A DNA stretch of 64,000 nt from a virus. The position numbers and the translations under genes were made by a program. The DNA is taken from positions 1 to 64,000 of the IMG/VR virus record IMGVR_UViG_3300032285_004900; one strand, written 5' to 3'. Positions 29,166 through 37,898 of the stretch are shown here, in pieces. The notes beneath the pieces are model-generated. The model ran no database searches, was not told where the DNA came from, and worked only from the letters and a program-made list of their open reading frames with translations. The first letter of the stretch is position 1. Each line of letters begins with the position of its first letter.

Positions 29166-29398
29166 ATAATTGCTGTGATTTTCTCTTCTGATTCTTCAAA
29201 TTCTACAGACTCGCAATCTGTGCTGATGTGATATTTGAGACCATGCCCTTCAATAAATTCAGATGATGTATACGATGGACAATTAATAATGATTTTATTA
29301 ACCAGCCTTTCTGGCTCATCATCTACTAGGAGTCTCCATTCAAAGTCGCTTTCGTGAGGATGCTTAGTGTTGTATCTAACTTTTACTTTGTGCTCCAT
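29159..29398 (-). CDS. Hypothetical protein
   Basis: ORF. Confidence 0.35.
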   Translation of the reverse strand: MEHKVKVRYNTKHPHESDFEWRLLVDDEPERLVNKIIINCPSYTSSEFIEGHGLKYHISTDCESVEFEESEEKITAIIK

Positions 29399-29415
29399 GC
29401 GGGGTTCTTTTATAA

Positions 29416-30084
29416 TTAAAGAGCGTATTTTTCGAAATGTTTCTGAAATCCTTTTAAATGCTTCTGAATCCCAGGAATTTTAGACATCTCTGTGGTTAAA
29501 CCAGTTGACATATAGGCCTGGATCTCGTCTACTATAACGGCATCACAATATCCCATTTTTAAAAGCAGATCCTTCATTCCACCAAATATCCCACCCGGGA
29601 GATCTTGTACCATTTTTCTAGCCTTCTCACTATACTTAGCACTCACGTAGTAAAGTCCGTGAGCAGTCTCGTGCATCATAGTTCTGCTTTCGAATGAATC
29701 AACTCCTAGCAAATACCACTTGCTATTCCTCTTTATTTTGCTTTTAACGAGTTCTATGATATCTGACATAACATAGTCATATGGAGTTGGAAAAATGCCA
29801 TTACGGAGGTCTAAAACGTGTTTGATTGGCTTTTCAACAGCATAATCAGGAACGTTAAACCCTGCCCAATCTGATGTGTATGTAAATGAGCCTCCTCCCT
29901 TCCATTTAGTGTATCTCTCCATATACTCAAAGACATCAAAATGTGATCCTTTTATTTCCTCAAAATGTGACTCGTAATGCTCCTGACATCTAAGGAAAAG
30001 CATAGCTCTCTGATAGTCATCCTGTACCTTAACCGTAAATATTCCGGGAAGGGTTTGTTCTATTTCGTACTTTATGTTAATCAT
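29416..30084 (-). CDS. HExxH-motif protein
   Basis: MMHETAHGLYY. Confidence 0.4.
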   Translation of the reverse strand: MINIKYEIEQTLPGIFTVKVQDDYQRAMLFLRCQEHYESHFEEIKGSHFDVFEYMERYTKWKGGGSFTYTSDWAGFNVPDYAVEKPIKHVLDLRNGIFPTPYDYVMSDIIELVKSKIKRNSKWYLLGVDSFESRTMMHETAHGLYYVSAKYSEKARKMVQDLPGGIFGGMKDLLLKMGYCDAVIVDEIQAYMSTGLTTEMSKIPGIQKHLKGFQKHFEKYAL

Positions 30085-30715
30085 CGCAATCTTCCTGGTC
30101 TTTTTTGCTTAGAATGATTGGGTCTCTTTGGATCTTCTTAGATTCTTTTTTATCAGTATCATCTGTTTTAGTATTCCCCACTCTTTTTTCTAGTGTTTTT
30201 CTAATCGCTTTTAGCTTAGAACTGTATGAAGCACCGCTAATTGAATAAGTCTTATTTAAATGGGTAAAGTAAGACTCCTCTGTATATGTCCTTTTGCTGA
30301 ATATGTAGTCCTGATAAAGCTTGTAGTCTCTAACGCAGTCTCTCCATGAATTGTAAATGGCATACCCATTCCTTTTACCCACCGCCACTGTACTCCTAAT
30401 TGCAGGGAGTCTCATGCCAAAGAAATTGTTATTCTCCTTGAATACCTTGCTAGTAAAATGTCCTGATTCTAGAATAGCTTGGGACCAAACAATTTCAGGG
30501 AATTCTATATCCTGCTTTACGATTTCAATATAAAGGTCACGATAATTAATAGCATCCTCATCGCCAGAGTTGTTTACAATCCCTGGCTCTTTAGATCTGA
30601 AATTGTGATTTCCAACCCGAGCTAAAGTTCCAGCTTGGTTCACAAAAAATAAAAGCCCAAAAGCCATAGAAAATTTAATCAAAGTAGTTTTCATCTTAGT
30701 ATTTTTTAAGGTCAA
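30077..30715 (-). CDS. Secreted peptidoglycan hydrolase, glucosaminidase (FlgJ-type) domain
   Basis: Signal peptide, then QAILESGHFTS...NNNFFGMR, typical of the mannosyl-glycoprotein endo-beta-N-acetylglucosaminidase domain. Confidence 0.6.
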   Translation of the reverse strand: MTLKNTKMKTTLIKFSMAFGLLFFVNQAGTLARVGNHNFRSKEPGIVNNSGDEDAINYRDLYIEIVKQDIEFPEIVWSQAILESGHFTSKVFKENNNFFGMRLPAIRSTVAVGKRNGYAIYNSWRDCVRDYKLYQDYIFSKRTYTEESYFTHLNKTYSISGASYSSKLKAIRKTLEKRVGNTKTDDTDKKESKKIQRDPIILSKKDQEDCDD

Positions 30716-30780
30716 TGATTATTACTTTTTTAATCACATGATTGATTAAAGTGCAAATATAGTGAAATATTTCGGGGTAA

Positions 30781-30818
30781 AAAAATAAAATGGGGCTTTA
30801 TTTAGAAACAAGCCCCTG
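30781..30818 (-). terminator. Intrinsic terminator overlapping the stop of gene 30798-31787
   Basis: On the minus strand: GGGGCTT-N11-AAGCCCC followed by ATTTTATTTTTTT. Confidence 0.5.
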
Positions 30819-31787
30819 TGATTTATGAGTGAATTGTATCATACTGCTCTTCTTCATGTCAGTGCTAAGCCTAACCTCATATCTTAGATTACCGTCCTTA
30901 ACTATCATTAATCCGGTGTTTGGTGGCACTTTACCCAAGTTATCTGCGTACATTATCAATTGATTTGATGTTCCTACCTCTGCAGATAGTTTCAGTGTGA
31001 TAGGAGTAGCCCTTAGCATTTGATGTTGAACTATAGCTTTACCGTTGTAGAAAAGTGTAACTGTATCTCCGTCAATTTCACCATTATCGTAAATTTCCAC
31101 AATAAAGCTATCTTTTTTTATCTCGATCTGGCTTTCCATCACAGTTTCTCTTGATGCTATAAGTGGATCCGGCTTATTCTCTATTTTAGGATCAGTTTTA
31201 ATTGGCTGGATTTTAGCAACAGTATCTTGAAGTGCAGTTTTTGGCTTATCCTCCTTTAACTTTTCTTTAACGGAAACCGCGGGTTTATTTAAAACCGTTG
31301 GAGTTGATTTTGTAACGTATCTCGAAAGAACTGTTTTACCCTCATCGCTTTTTCTTTTATTCGAAGCTTTCCATATTCCTGAGAGAATCTCTTTGTCCCC
31401 ATTATTAGTATATGTAAGATAATGGGTTTGAAGAACTGTGGCCGTTGTGAAAGGTAAATTCCCTCTGACCCTTTTTACCTCAGTGACCTCTAATCGCTTA
31501 GTGGATGCGTTATATGTTCCATCTAAAGAGCAGACAGTATAATTTTTCTTGTTATTAAAATAAGAGTAAGAATATCCACTAACTTTACCATCCTCGACAT
31601 TTAGCTCGAGAATATACTCCATCCCATTAGATCCATTGAGTGTGACATCGCCTTTATTATTAAAGTGACCCATCCACTTACCTTGAATAGTTTGGGACTT
31701 AGCAGCAGAAAAAGAGAGAAAGATTACGAAAACAATCAGAATTCTTTTAAGCATAAATTTATTTTTAGTGAAGACCAAAGGTAACAA
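30798..31787 (-). CDS. Secreted hypothetical protein
   Basis: Signal peptide MLKRILIVFVIFLSFSAAKSQ. Confidence 0.5.
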   Translation of the reverse strand: MLPLVFTKNKFMLKRILIVFVIFLSFSAAKSQTIQGKWMGHFNNKGDVTLNGSNGMEYILELNVEDGKVSGYSYSYFNNKKNYTVCSLDGTYNASTKRLEVTEVKRVRGNLPFTTATVLQTHYLTYTNNGDKEILSGIWKASNKRKSDEGKTVLSRYVTKSTPTVLNKPAVSVKEKLKEDKPKTALQDTVAKIQPIKTDPKIENKPDPLIASRETVMESQIEIKKDSFIVEIYDNGEIDGDTVTLFYNGKAIVQHQMLRATPITLKLSAEVGTSNQLIMYADNLGKVPPNTGLMIVKDGNLRYEVRLSTDMKKSSMIQFTHKSQGLVSK

Positions 31788-31838
31788 AAAACCCCGGAAT
31801 AAAAAAATATCCGAGGTTATAAACTAGTTAGATCTTAA

Positions 31839-32249
31839 TTATTTTGTTACTAAAAAGAAGGTCAATACACCAATTACACCTATAGATACCACTTTGGTGA
31901 ATTTATTCTTAACCCTTTCCCATTTTAAACTTTTTTCTACTTTTTTAGTGTGATCCTCCAATATACCATATTTACCCTTCTCGTCGTCTATTATTGATAG
32001 ATAATTTTTCTCCTTCTCCTGCATTTTGGAGATCACGCTATCCTTTAATGATACTTTATTCTCAGTTTGTTTTAACTGATCCTCAGTTAACTTCAAAAGG
32101 GCTTTAGCTGAATCCCCGCTTAGAAGATCTTTAGCAATCACTTTAACTAAAGGGATAGAGAAACACTTAGTAGGAGTAACCGTATCTTTCTGCGAAAAAG
32201 CTGTCAAGCTCATCGATACTGTAATTATCAACGCTGTTAATTTTTTCAT
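31839..32249 (-). CDS. Secreted/membrane-anchored small protein
   Basis: N-terminal signal peptide and a C-terminal TM segment. Confidence 0.4.
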   Translation of the reverse strand: MKKLTALIITVSMSLTAFSQKDTVTPTKCFSIPLVKVIAKDLLSGDSAKALLKLTEDQLKQTENKVSLKDSVISKMQEKEKNYLSIIDDEKGKYGILEDHTKKVEKSLKWERVKNKFTKVVSIGVIGVLTFFLVTK

Positions 32250-32583
32250 GATATATTTCTTTTATTATTGTTTTTTCTTGCTTTATGTTCGATATTTTTT
32301 TATCTATATTGAGAACTTCTTTATTGAATATATTGATACCTTCTTCCAATTTTTTCTGTTCAGATTGGAGACTGTCAATATGACTGTCAAGTGCTTCTAT
32401 TTTCGCCTTTGCATCAGCAGACATCTTAACATTTGGTGTTAGAATGAATATAACCCAATAAAGCAAGAAGAGTGCCACCCCTACTTTAATGATGGTTTTA
32501 TAGTTATTTAGTATAAAAATTTTAGATTTGATATATCCAATTTCTGTATCGGAAATTATTTTTTCCCTTTCTGGTTTATCCAT
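32167..32583 (-). CDS. Membrane coiled-coil protein
   Basis: ORF; overlaps the downstream gene by 83 nt. Confidence 0.35.
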   Translation of the reverse strand: MDKPEREKIISDTEIGYIKSKIFILNNYKTIIKVGVALFLLYWVIFILTPNVKMSADAKAKIEALDSHIDSLQSEQKKLEEGINIFNKEVLNIDKKISNIKQEKTIIKEIYHEKINSVDNYSIDELDSFFAERYGYSY

Positions 32584-32593
32584 TTTTATTATA

Positions 32594-32932
32594 TTATTTT
32601 TTATTACCGTTTATCCTTTTAGATCTCTCAGATTCCAGTTGTGAAAATCTCGAAGATGATTGTGCTTCTTTTAGTGCTTTTTCTGCTTGGATCTTTGCAT
32701 TTATGTATCTCATTTCAGCTTCTGCTTTTAGCGTAGCTTCTTTAGCTCTTTGGTTCTCCTCCGCTATTTTTTTAGCTTTTGCTTCTTCTGCTTCTGCTGC
32801 CTCTATTTTAGCTTCTGCTATTCTTTTGTTCTCTGCTGCTTTATCTGAGAATCCTGGTGCAATTTTAGATTGATTTGTTTCCATAGCGCCTTTGGTAGTT
32901 GAAATCACTGGTTTTATCTCTTCGTTTGACAT
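32594..32932 (-). CDS. Low-complexity A/E/K-rich protein
   Basis: ORF. Confidence 0.35.
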   Translation of the reverse strand: MSNEEIKPVISTTKGAMETNQSKIAPGFSDKAAENKRIAEAKIEAAEAEEAKAKKIAEENQRAKEATLKAEAEMRYINAKIQAEKALKEAQSSSRFSQLESERSKRINGNKK

Positions 32933-32948
32933 TACTTTTTATTTATTT

Positions 32949-33302
32949 TTAATTTTGGCAAGTACAAGGCTCGTTACCACATACTGTACAAGTGGTATCA
33001 ACTGGGGTATCAGCTTTCTTTGGAGCTGAATCCTGAGTTATTGCATCTTGCATACCCTTTTTTGCAGCAGTAAATTTATCAATTGATGATAATCCCAAAC
33101 AGCCAAAGGCAAGAAGAGCAACTGCATCTACAAGGGAAGACGCAGGAGCAATATCTGCTGTAGAAAAGCTGTTGTGATACATTGTAATGCAGAGAGTCAG
33201 AGAGCAAGTAATTCCTACGAATCTTTTCGATGAGGGCGAACCTGTTTCGTCTTTGAAAAGTCCACCGGTCCAATTTTTAAAGTTTTCTAGAATTTTTTTC
33301 AT
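32949..33302 (-). CDS. Membrane protein with Cys-rich C-terminus
   Basis: CTVCGNEPCTC tail. Confidence 0.4.
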   Translation of the reverse strand: MKKILENFKNWTGGLFKDETGSPSSKRFVGITCSLTLCITMYHNSFSTADIAPASSLVDAVALLAFGCLGLSSIDKFTAAKKGMQDAITQDSAPKKADTPVDTTCTVCGNEPCTCQN

Positions 33303-33439
33303 AGTGTGATTGTCTTATTTTATTTTTTAAGACCGCTTAGGATCTCTTGGTTCTTTTTAATCCTAGCCAGATCTTTTTTTTGGTTAATCTTATTCCTACT
33401 TGGTTTTGTATAACCTTTACGTGATTTAGCCATTTTTAT

Positions 33440-34102
33440 TTATTTATTTTCTTTACCCTCACTAGCATATTTAACCCCCATAATTGTTCCTACAATGGAA
33501 AATGCATTGGTAAGCAATATGCCAAACATATTAGACCAAGTGGATCCAATAATTTGGGTATCTTTTCCTGTCCACATTGCTATTGAGTACATTATGGTTG
33601 TAATTACTCCAACACTTAATATTACAAGCAATGCAACTTTAACTATTGTACTGATTAATTCTGTTTGTGATCTTTTCTGTAAAACATCAAGATCATTTAG
33701 TGCAGAGTCTTTTGCTTTTTCTGCCTCCTCCTTTGATTGTTCAGCCTCGTCTTTTAATCTAACAGCTTCTTCCTTTAGCCTTTCAGCTTCTTCTTTTGCA
33801 CTAAGAGCATCTGACTTTGCGCTCTCGGCATTTGTAAGGGCATCTTTTAGATTATCCGTAAGGTGCTGATTTTCTCTTTGCCAATCTAACAAATCAGCAT
33901 TTTGTTCCTGCACCTGTTTAGTAACCTCAAGTCTTCTCCTACGAGCTGCCTTATCTTTTTCAGTTGATTCCTTTAAATATTCAGAAAACTCAACATCACC
34001 TTCTTCAGCCTCAATAACTTTAAGGAGGTTGCCTTCAAGAAACAATCTTTTTGTTTTTTGAATTTCTAGTAAGAGATCTCGAGTTTCTTTATTTACTATC
34101 AT
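33440..34102 (-). CDS. Coiled-coil protein with C-terminal TM anchors
   Basis: EEAERLKEEAVRLKDEAEQSKEEAEKAK repeats, then two hydrophobic segments. Confidence 0.45.
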   Translation of the reverse strand: MIVNKETRDLLLEIQKTKRLFLEGNLLKVIEAEEGDVEFSEYLKESTEKDKAARRRRLEVTKQVQEQNADLLDWQRENQHLTDNLKDALTNAESAKSDALSAKEEAERLKEEAVRLKDEAEQSKEEAEKAKDSALNDLDVLQKRSQTELISTIVKVALLVILSVGVITTIMYSIAMWTGKDTQIIGSTWSNMFGILLTNAFSIVGTIMGVKYASEGKENK

Positions 34103-34533
34103 TATTTATAGACTTTAAAGGGTTTAATTCTTGCTTTGTATCCGTCAAAATCTTTTCTGAAATCCTCAAGACGAGGCTCAATGTCATCAGACTTAATTAT
34201 CCAGAATTGTGCACCAGCTGCTTTTGCTTTTTCTTGCTCCTCCACATCGTTTGATGATGATATGATGCCAATTACAACACCGTTGCCGTATTCGTTATTT
34301 ACTTTTCTAATAAGTTCTATCCCATCATAAGATGAACCTATTATGTTAAGGTCTACAAAAACGCATTCAGGTTTTCCTGTTGAGTCTTCTTGCCAGCCTT
34401 CAAATAACTTTGCAGCTTCATCAGAACTGTTTAGACTTTCAAGTGATAGCGAGATGTCAAGGAGACTACATGCGTCTTCAAATACTAAGTGAAAAAGACT
34501 TTCATCGTCTACTAATAAAATTGAATCGATCAT
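34102..34533 (-). CDS. Response regulator, receiver domain only (CheY-like)
   Basis: ILLVDDE near the N-terminus, phospho-acceptor context CVFVDLNI, and a conserved T/S (IGIISSS) and K region. There is no output domain. Confidence 0.7.
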   Translation of the reverse strand: MIDSILLVDDESLFHLVFEDACSLLDISLSLESLNSSDEAAKLFEGWQEDSTGKPECVFVDLNIIGSSYDGIELIRKVNNEYGNGVVIGIISSSNDVEEQEKAKAAGAQFWIIKSDDIEPRLEDFRKDFDGYKARIKPFKVYK

Positions 34534-34547
34534 TGTGTTTGGTTTTT

Positions 34548-36170
34548 TTATTTTATTTGAATTTTCATTTGTGTCCCACCTTCCGGAAGTTTATCACAGG
34601 TTATAGAAAATCCATGTTCTTCCAGTATAGCAATACATATGTTTAATCCTAAGCCTGTGCCTGATTCTTTTTGTCCCTCTTTACGAGTATAGGGTTGAGA
34701 TAAGTATTTAAAATCTTCAGCGCTTAATCCTCTCCCATTATCCTCAATGTATAGAACATTTTCTACCCGATAGATCTTAACAAACTTTTTATCGCTGTCA
34801 TTGTACTTTAATCCATTACGAATAAGGTTATCTATTGAAGTACAAAACAGTGCTTCATTAACTCCACTTTCTCCGAGATCCTCAAGTATAACTTGCGGAC
34901 GATATGCAGTGGCTGATAAGTAGTCTTCAAGGATAGCGTTTAAGCTACATGTACTCTTATCGAGAACAGCGTCTTTCTTAACAAGGTTTGTAAATTCATA
35001 AACCCCCTTGTAAACTTTTTGGGTATGTCTTAGCCCTTCTTTAATCATTTTTAGAGGAGCATCAATTTTTAATTCTTTTGCTTTCTCGTCGGTTAATCTT
35101 CTATCTAATGAGGAAAGTCCTCTTGGCATGTATGTGTTAATTCCACTATGCATATCATGTCTAAGAATCTTTGCAGCGTGTTCTAGGTATGTGTTTTTCT
35201 TTTCAATTTCTTTTTGCTGATCGATTGTATTAGTGATATCTGTGGCAATCTTCATAACCCGATAAACTTTTCCATTAGTGCCTATGATTGGATTGTAAGT
35301 GGCTTGTAAATATATTAAAGATCCGTCTTTGCGAACCCTTACAATTTCTCCCGAAAAGAATACTCCGGATCTAAGGGTTTCCCAGAAATTAACATATTCT
35401 GGAGATTTTTCGTACTCATCCTCGATAAAGATTCGATGGTGTTTACCTATAAGTTCAGAATCTGAAGAATATCCCATAGTTTCTACAAACAAGTGGTTGG
35501 CAAACATTATATTACCATTAAGATCAAATTCAATTACAGCATTTGATTTGTTAATTGCAGTCATTCTATTACGAATCTCTACTTCTTTTTTCTTTAGCTC
35601 TGTAATATCCTGACGGATTGACATAAAACCTAAAAAATTATTCTGTGAATCAAATTGTCCTTTAATAAAAGTATCAACATAATAAAGTTGTCCATCTTTG
35701 GCACGATTTGTACAAACTGCATTCCATATACTTTTATCTTTAATAACAGTTTTGTACATGTCTGTCCAAAACTCTTTAGAGTGAGTTCCCGAATTAACTA
35801 TATTATGATCTTTACCAATTGCATCTTCTAATGTATAACCAGACACATCGGTAAATTTTTGGTTGATGTAAGTAATCTTACCTTTTGAGTCAGCTTTTGA
35901 TACGATTGCAGAATTTTCTATAAATGTTTCTAATTCTTTTAAAGTTTTAATTTGTTCTTCACCAATAGCAGTTTTCATACTATGTGTATAATCTTTAAAA
36001 ATAATGTAAAAACAAGGTAAGCATCCAATAAAACAAATAAATTCTGTCCATCTTGTAGTAGGTGTGGACGGTACATTTTCAAAGAGAACTGCAATCTTTA
36101 CCACTAAAAATATTAGCATAAAGAGTATAGATAACGCAAAAGCTAGCTTTGTTTTGAGCTTATATTTCAA
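34548..36170 (-). CDS. Membrane sensor histidine kinase with two PAS domains
   Basis: Two N-terminal TM helices. Two PAS-like cores (ITYINQKFTDVSGYTLEDAIGKDHNIV and IMFANHLFVETMGYSSDSELIGKHH). An H-box LRHDMHS. A HATPase_c G-box GTGLGLNICIAILEEHG. Confidence 0.75.
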   Translation of the reverse strand: MKYKLKTKLAFALSILFMLIFLVVKIAVLFENVPSTPTTRWTEFICFIGCLPCFYIIFKDYTHSMKTAIGEEQIKTLKELETFIENSAIVSKADSKGKITYINQKFTDVSGYTLEDAIGKDHNIVNSGTHSKEFWTDMYKTVIKDKSIWNAVCTNRAKDGQLYYVDTFIKGQFDSQNNFLGFMSIRQDITELKKKEVEIRNRMTAINKSNAVIEFDLNGNIMFANHLFVETMGYSSDSELIGKHHRIFIEDEYEKSPEYVNFWETLRSGVFFSGEIVRVRKDGSLIYLQATYNPIIGTNGKVYRVMKIATDITNTIDQQKEIEKKNTYLEHAAKILRHDMHSGINTYMPRGLSSLDRRLTDEKAKELKIDAPLKMIKEGLRHTQKVYKGVYEFTNLVKKDAVLDKSTCSLNAILEDYLSATAYRPQVILEDLGESGVNEALFCTSIDNLIRNGLKYNDSDKKFVKIYRVENVLYIEDNGRGLSAEDFKYLSQPYTRKEGQKESGTGLGLNICIAILEEHGFSITCDKLPEGGTQMKIQIK

Positions 36171-36180
36171 AATTTTATAG

Positions 36181-37026
36181 TTATTTTAATAGACTCCAAT
36201 ATTCATTGAAGTGCTTAAGTCTATCTGGCAGTCCGACTGTTCCTCCATTTACTCTTTTTGTAACGGCAGTAACTGTTGCTTCATCCGCTCCTTTATCGCA
36301 GATAGTCCAAAGACCATTGCTATTAAAGAAGAATGCTGCAGAAGCTAGGGGGTATTTAGTGGCAACGAGTTCTGGGTTTGCTAAGATGTCATCATCGACA
36401 GTTTTATCAAACTTTGAATAGTTTTCCTTTCCTGTTAATTGAATATACCCACGTCCACAGAATTTAGCTCCGTCTCCTGAATTTTCTGGACCATTACCCA
36501 TACGACTCCCGTAAACACGGTTAGCAATTTTTTCAGGTTGTCTAGCGTAAGATTCATTCAAATTTCCTGGGAAGTATTTTCCAAAGATCTTTTTAAGTCC
36601 ATCAGCAGAATAGTTTAAATTTTCTTTCACTGCTTTAAATCCTCCACTTTCGTGTCCACATTGAGCCAAGAAATGTGCAAGTCTTAATGGACTTGTAATT
36701 CCGAATTTTGCAGCAGTATCAGGAATTTGAGCAATGACTGCATCTGGGATGTGACCCTTTAAAGCAGCTAATTTAAAGCTTGATGCTGGTATATTTACTG
36801 GCTGAGCTGGTGTTGGAGTCGGTGCAGGGGCTGCTACTGATTTTTCTTCAAATAACTTACCCCAGGTCCCAGGTCCAACTATGCCATCAGCTGTCAGACC
36901 GTTTGCTGCCTGCCATGCTTTCACCTTGGCTTCAGTTCCAGGTCCAAAACTTCCATCTGCGGTTAGACCTAATTTCTCCTGGAGTTTTTTAACGTCCTCT
37001 CCTTTAGACCCGACTTTTAAAAGCAT
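36181..37026 (-). CDS. Endolysin: two PG_binding_1 repeats plus a GH19 chitinase/lysozyme-like domain
   Basis: The N-terminus has two KLGLTADGSFGPGTEAKVKAWQ-type peptidoglycan-binding repeats. The C-terminal domain has the GH19 signatures FLAQCGHESGGF and GRGYIQLTG. Confidence 0.75.
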   Translation of the reverse strand: MLLKVGSKGEDVKKLQEKLGLTADGSFGPGTEAKVKAWQAANGLTADGIVGPGTWGKLFEEKSVAAPAPTPTPAQPVNIPASSFKLAALKGHIPDAVIAQIPDTAAKFGITSPLRLAHFLAQCGHESGGFKAVKENLNYSADGLKKIFGKYFPGNLNESYARQPEKIANRVYGSRMGNGPENSGDGAKFCGRGYIQLTGKENYSKFDKTVDDDILANPELVATKYPLASAAFFFNSNGLWTICDKGADEATVTAVTKRVNGGTVGLPDRLKHFNEYWSLLK

Positions 37027-37044
37027 ATAGTTTCGGTTTTTTTG

Positions 37045-37058
37045 TTTTATATATCACC
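37045..37058 (-). promoter_or_regulatory. GGTGATATATAAAA box upstream of the endolysin gene
   Basis: Sequence motif. Its partner TAATATATAGC at 37088-37098 faces the divergent plus-strand gene. Confidence 0.45.
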
Positions 37059-37115
37059 ATAAAAGTGGTTTTTAGAAGGCCCTCTAATTAATATATAGCT
37101 TAAAAAATAGACATA

Positions 37116-37526
37116 ATGAAAGAACCGTTTGTACCGAATCACCTTCACCTCATTGTTAAGGGGTATGTAAAAAATCCGCCAAGTAAGGAGGAGTATCTAA
37201 ATGACTGGCTGAAAAGGCTAGTCGAAAAGGTAAGAATGGTTGTGGTAGCTGGCCCAACATCGGTCTATGTTGACGAGCCAGGAAATGAGGGGATAACAGG
37301 AACAGTGACTCTTGCAACTTCCCATGCTGCTATCCATGTTTGGGATAGAAGTGAACCTCCTATGTTTCAATTTGATATTTACTCTTGCACATGTTTTTCT
37401 GCAGATGAAGTACTTGAACACATAAATGAATTTGGATTAATATCCTGTGAGTATATCTATATTGATAGAAACGGTGACACCATGAATGTGGTTGAACAGA
37501 GGAAGATAAATTACGAGGAAGCTTAG
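37116..37526 (+). CDS. speH: S-adenosylmethionine decarboxylase proenzyme (SpeH-type)
   Basis: ATSHAAIHVWD (self-cleavage serine region ES/SH), DIYSCTCF and the overall ~125-aa layout match bacterial class-1 AdoMetDC. Confidence 0.75.
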   Translation: MKEPFVPNHLHLIVKGYVKNPPSKEEYLNDWLKRLVEKVRMVVVAGPTSVYVDEPGNEGITGTVTLATSHAAIHVWDRSEPPMFQFDIYSCTCFSADEVLEHINEFGLISCEYIYIDRNGDTMNVVEQRKINYEEA

Positions 37527-37548
37527 ATTTAGAAAATAGAGAGAATAG

Positions 37549-37576
37549 AAAAAGGGATCAATTGATCCCTTTTTTA
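37549..37576. terminator. Bidirectional terminator between convergent speH-like and thioredoxin genes
   Basis: AAAA-GGGATCAATTGATCCC-TTTTTT is a perfect palindrome. Confidence 0.6.
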
Positions 37577-37595
37577 GTAAGATATAAATCACAAA

Positions 37596-37880
37596 TTAAG
37601 CTGCTAAAGCTTCATTGATCTTTGTTACTATTTTGTCTTTGGATTGTGCACCAACAGTTCTTGTGAACTCCTCACCATCTTTCAGAAAAACAAGAACAGG
37701 AATACTTCTAATTCCATACTTCTCTGTTAACACTGGCTCTTTATCAACATTAACTTTCTTGATCTCTATATCAGATCCCTCGATATTATGCTCTGCCATT
37801 AATGCCTCTACTGCTGGACTCATTGCTCTGCAAGGTCCACACCATTCAGCATAAAAGTCTAATACTTGTACTTTTTTCAT
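37596..37880 (-). CDS. trxA: Thioredoxin
   Basis: WCGPC active site and thioredoxin length and layout. Confidence 0.8.
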   Translation of the reverse strand: MKKVQVLDFYAEWCGPCRAMSPAVEALMAEHNIEGSDIEIKKVNVDKEPVLTEKYGIRSIPVLVFLKDGEEFTRTVGAQSKDKIVTKINEALAA

Positions 37881-37898
37881 CTTTGATTTTTATTTTAT

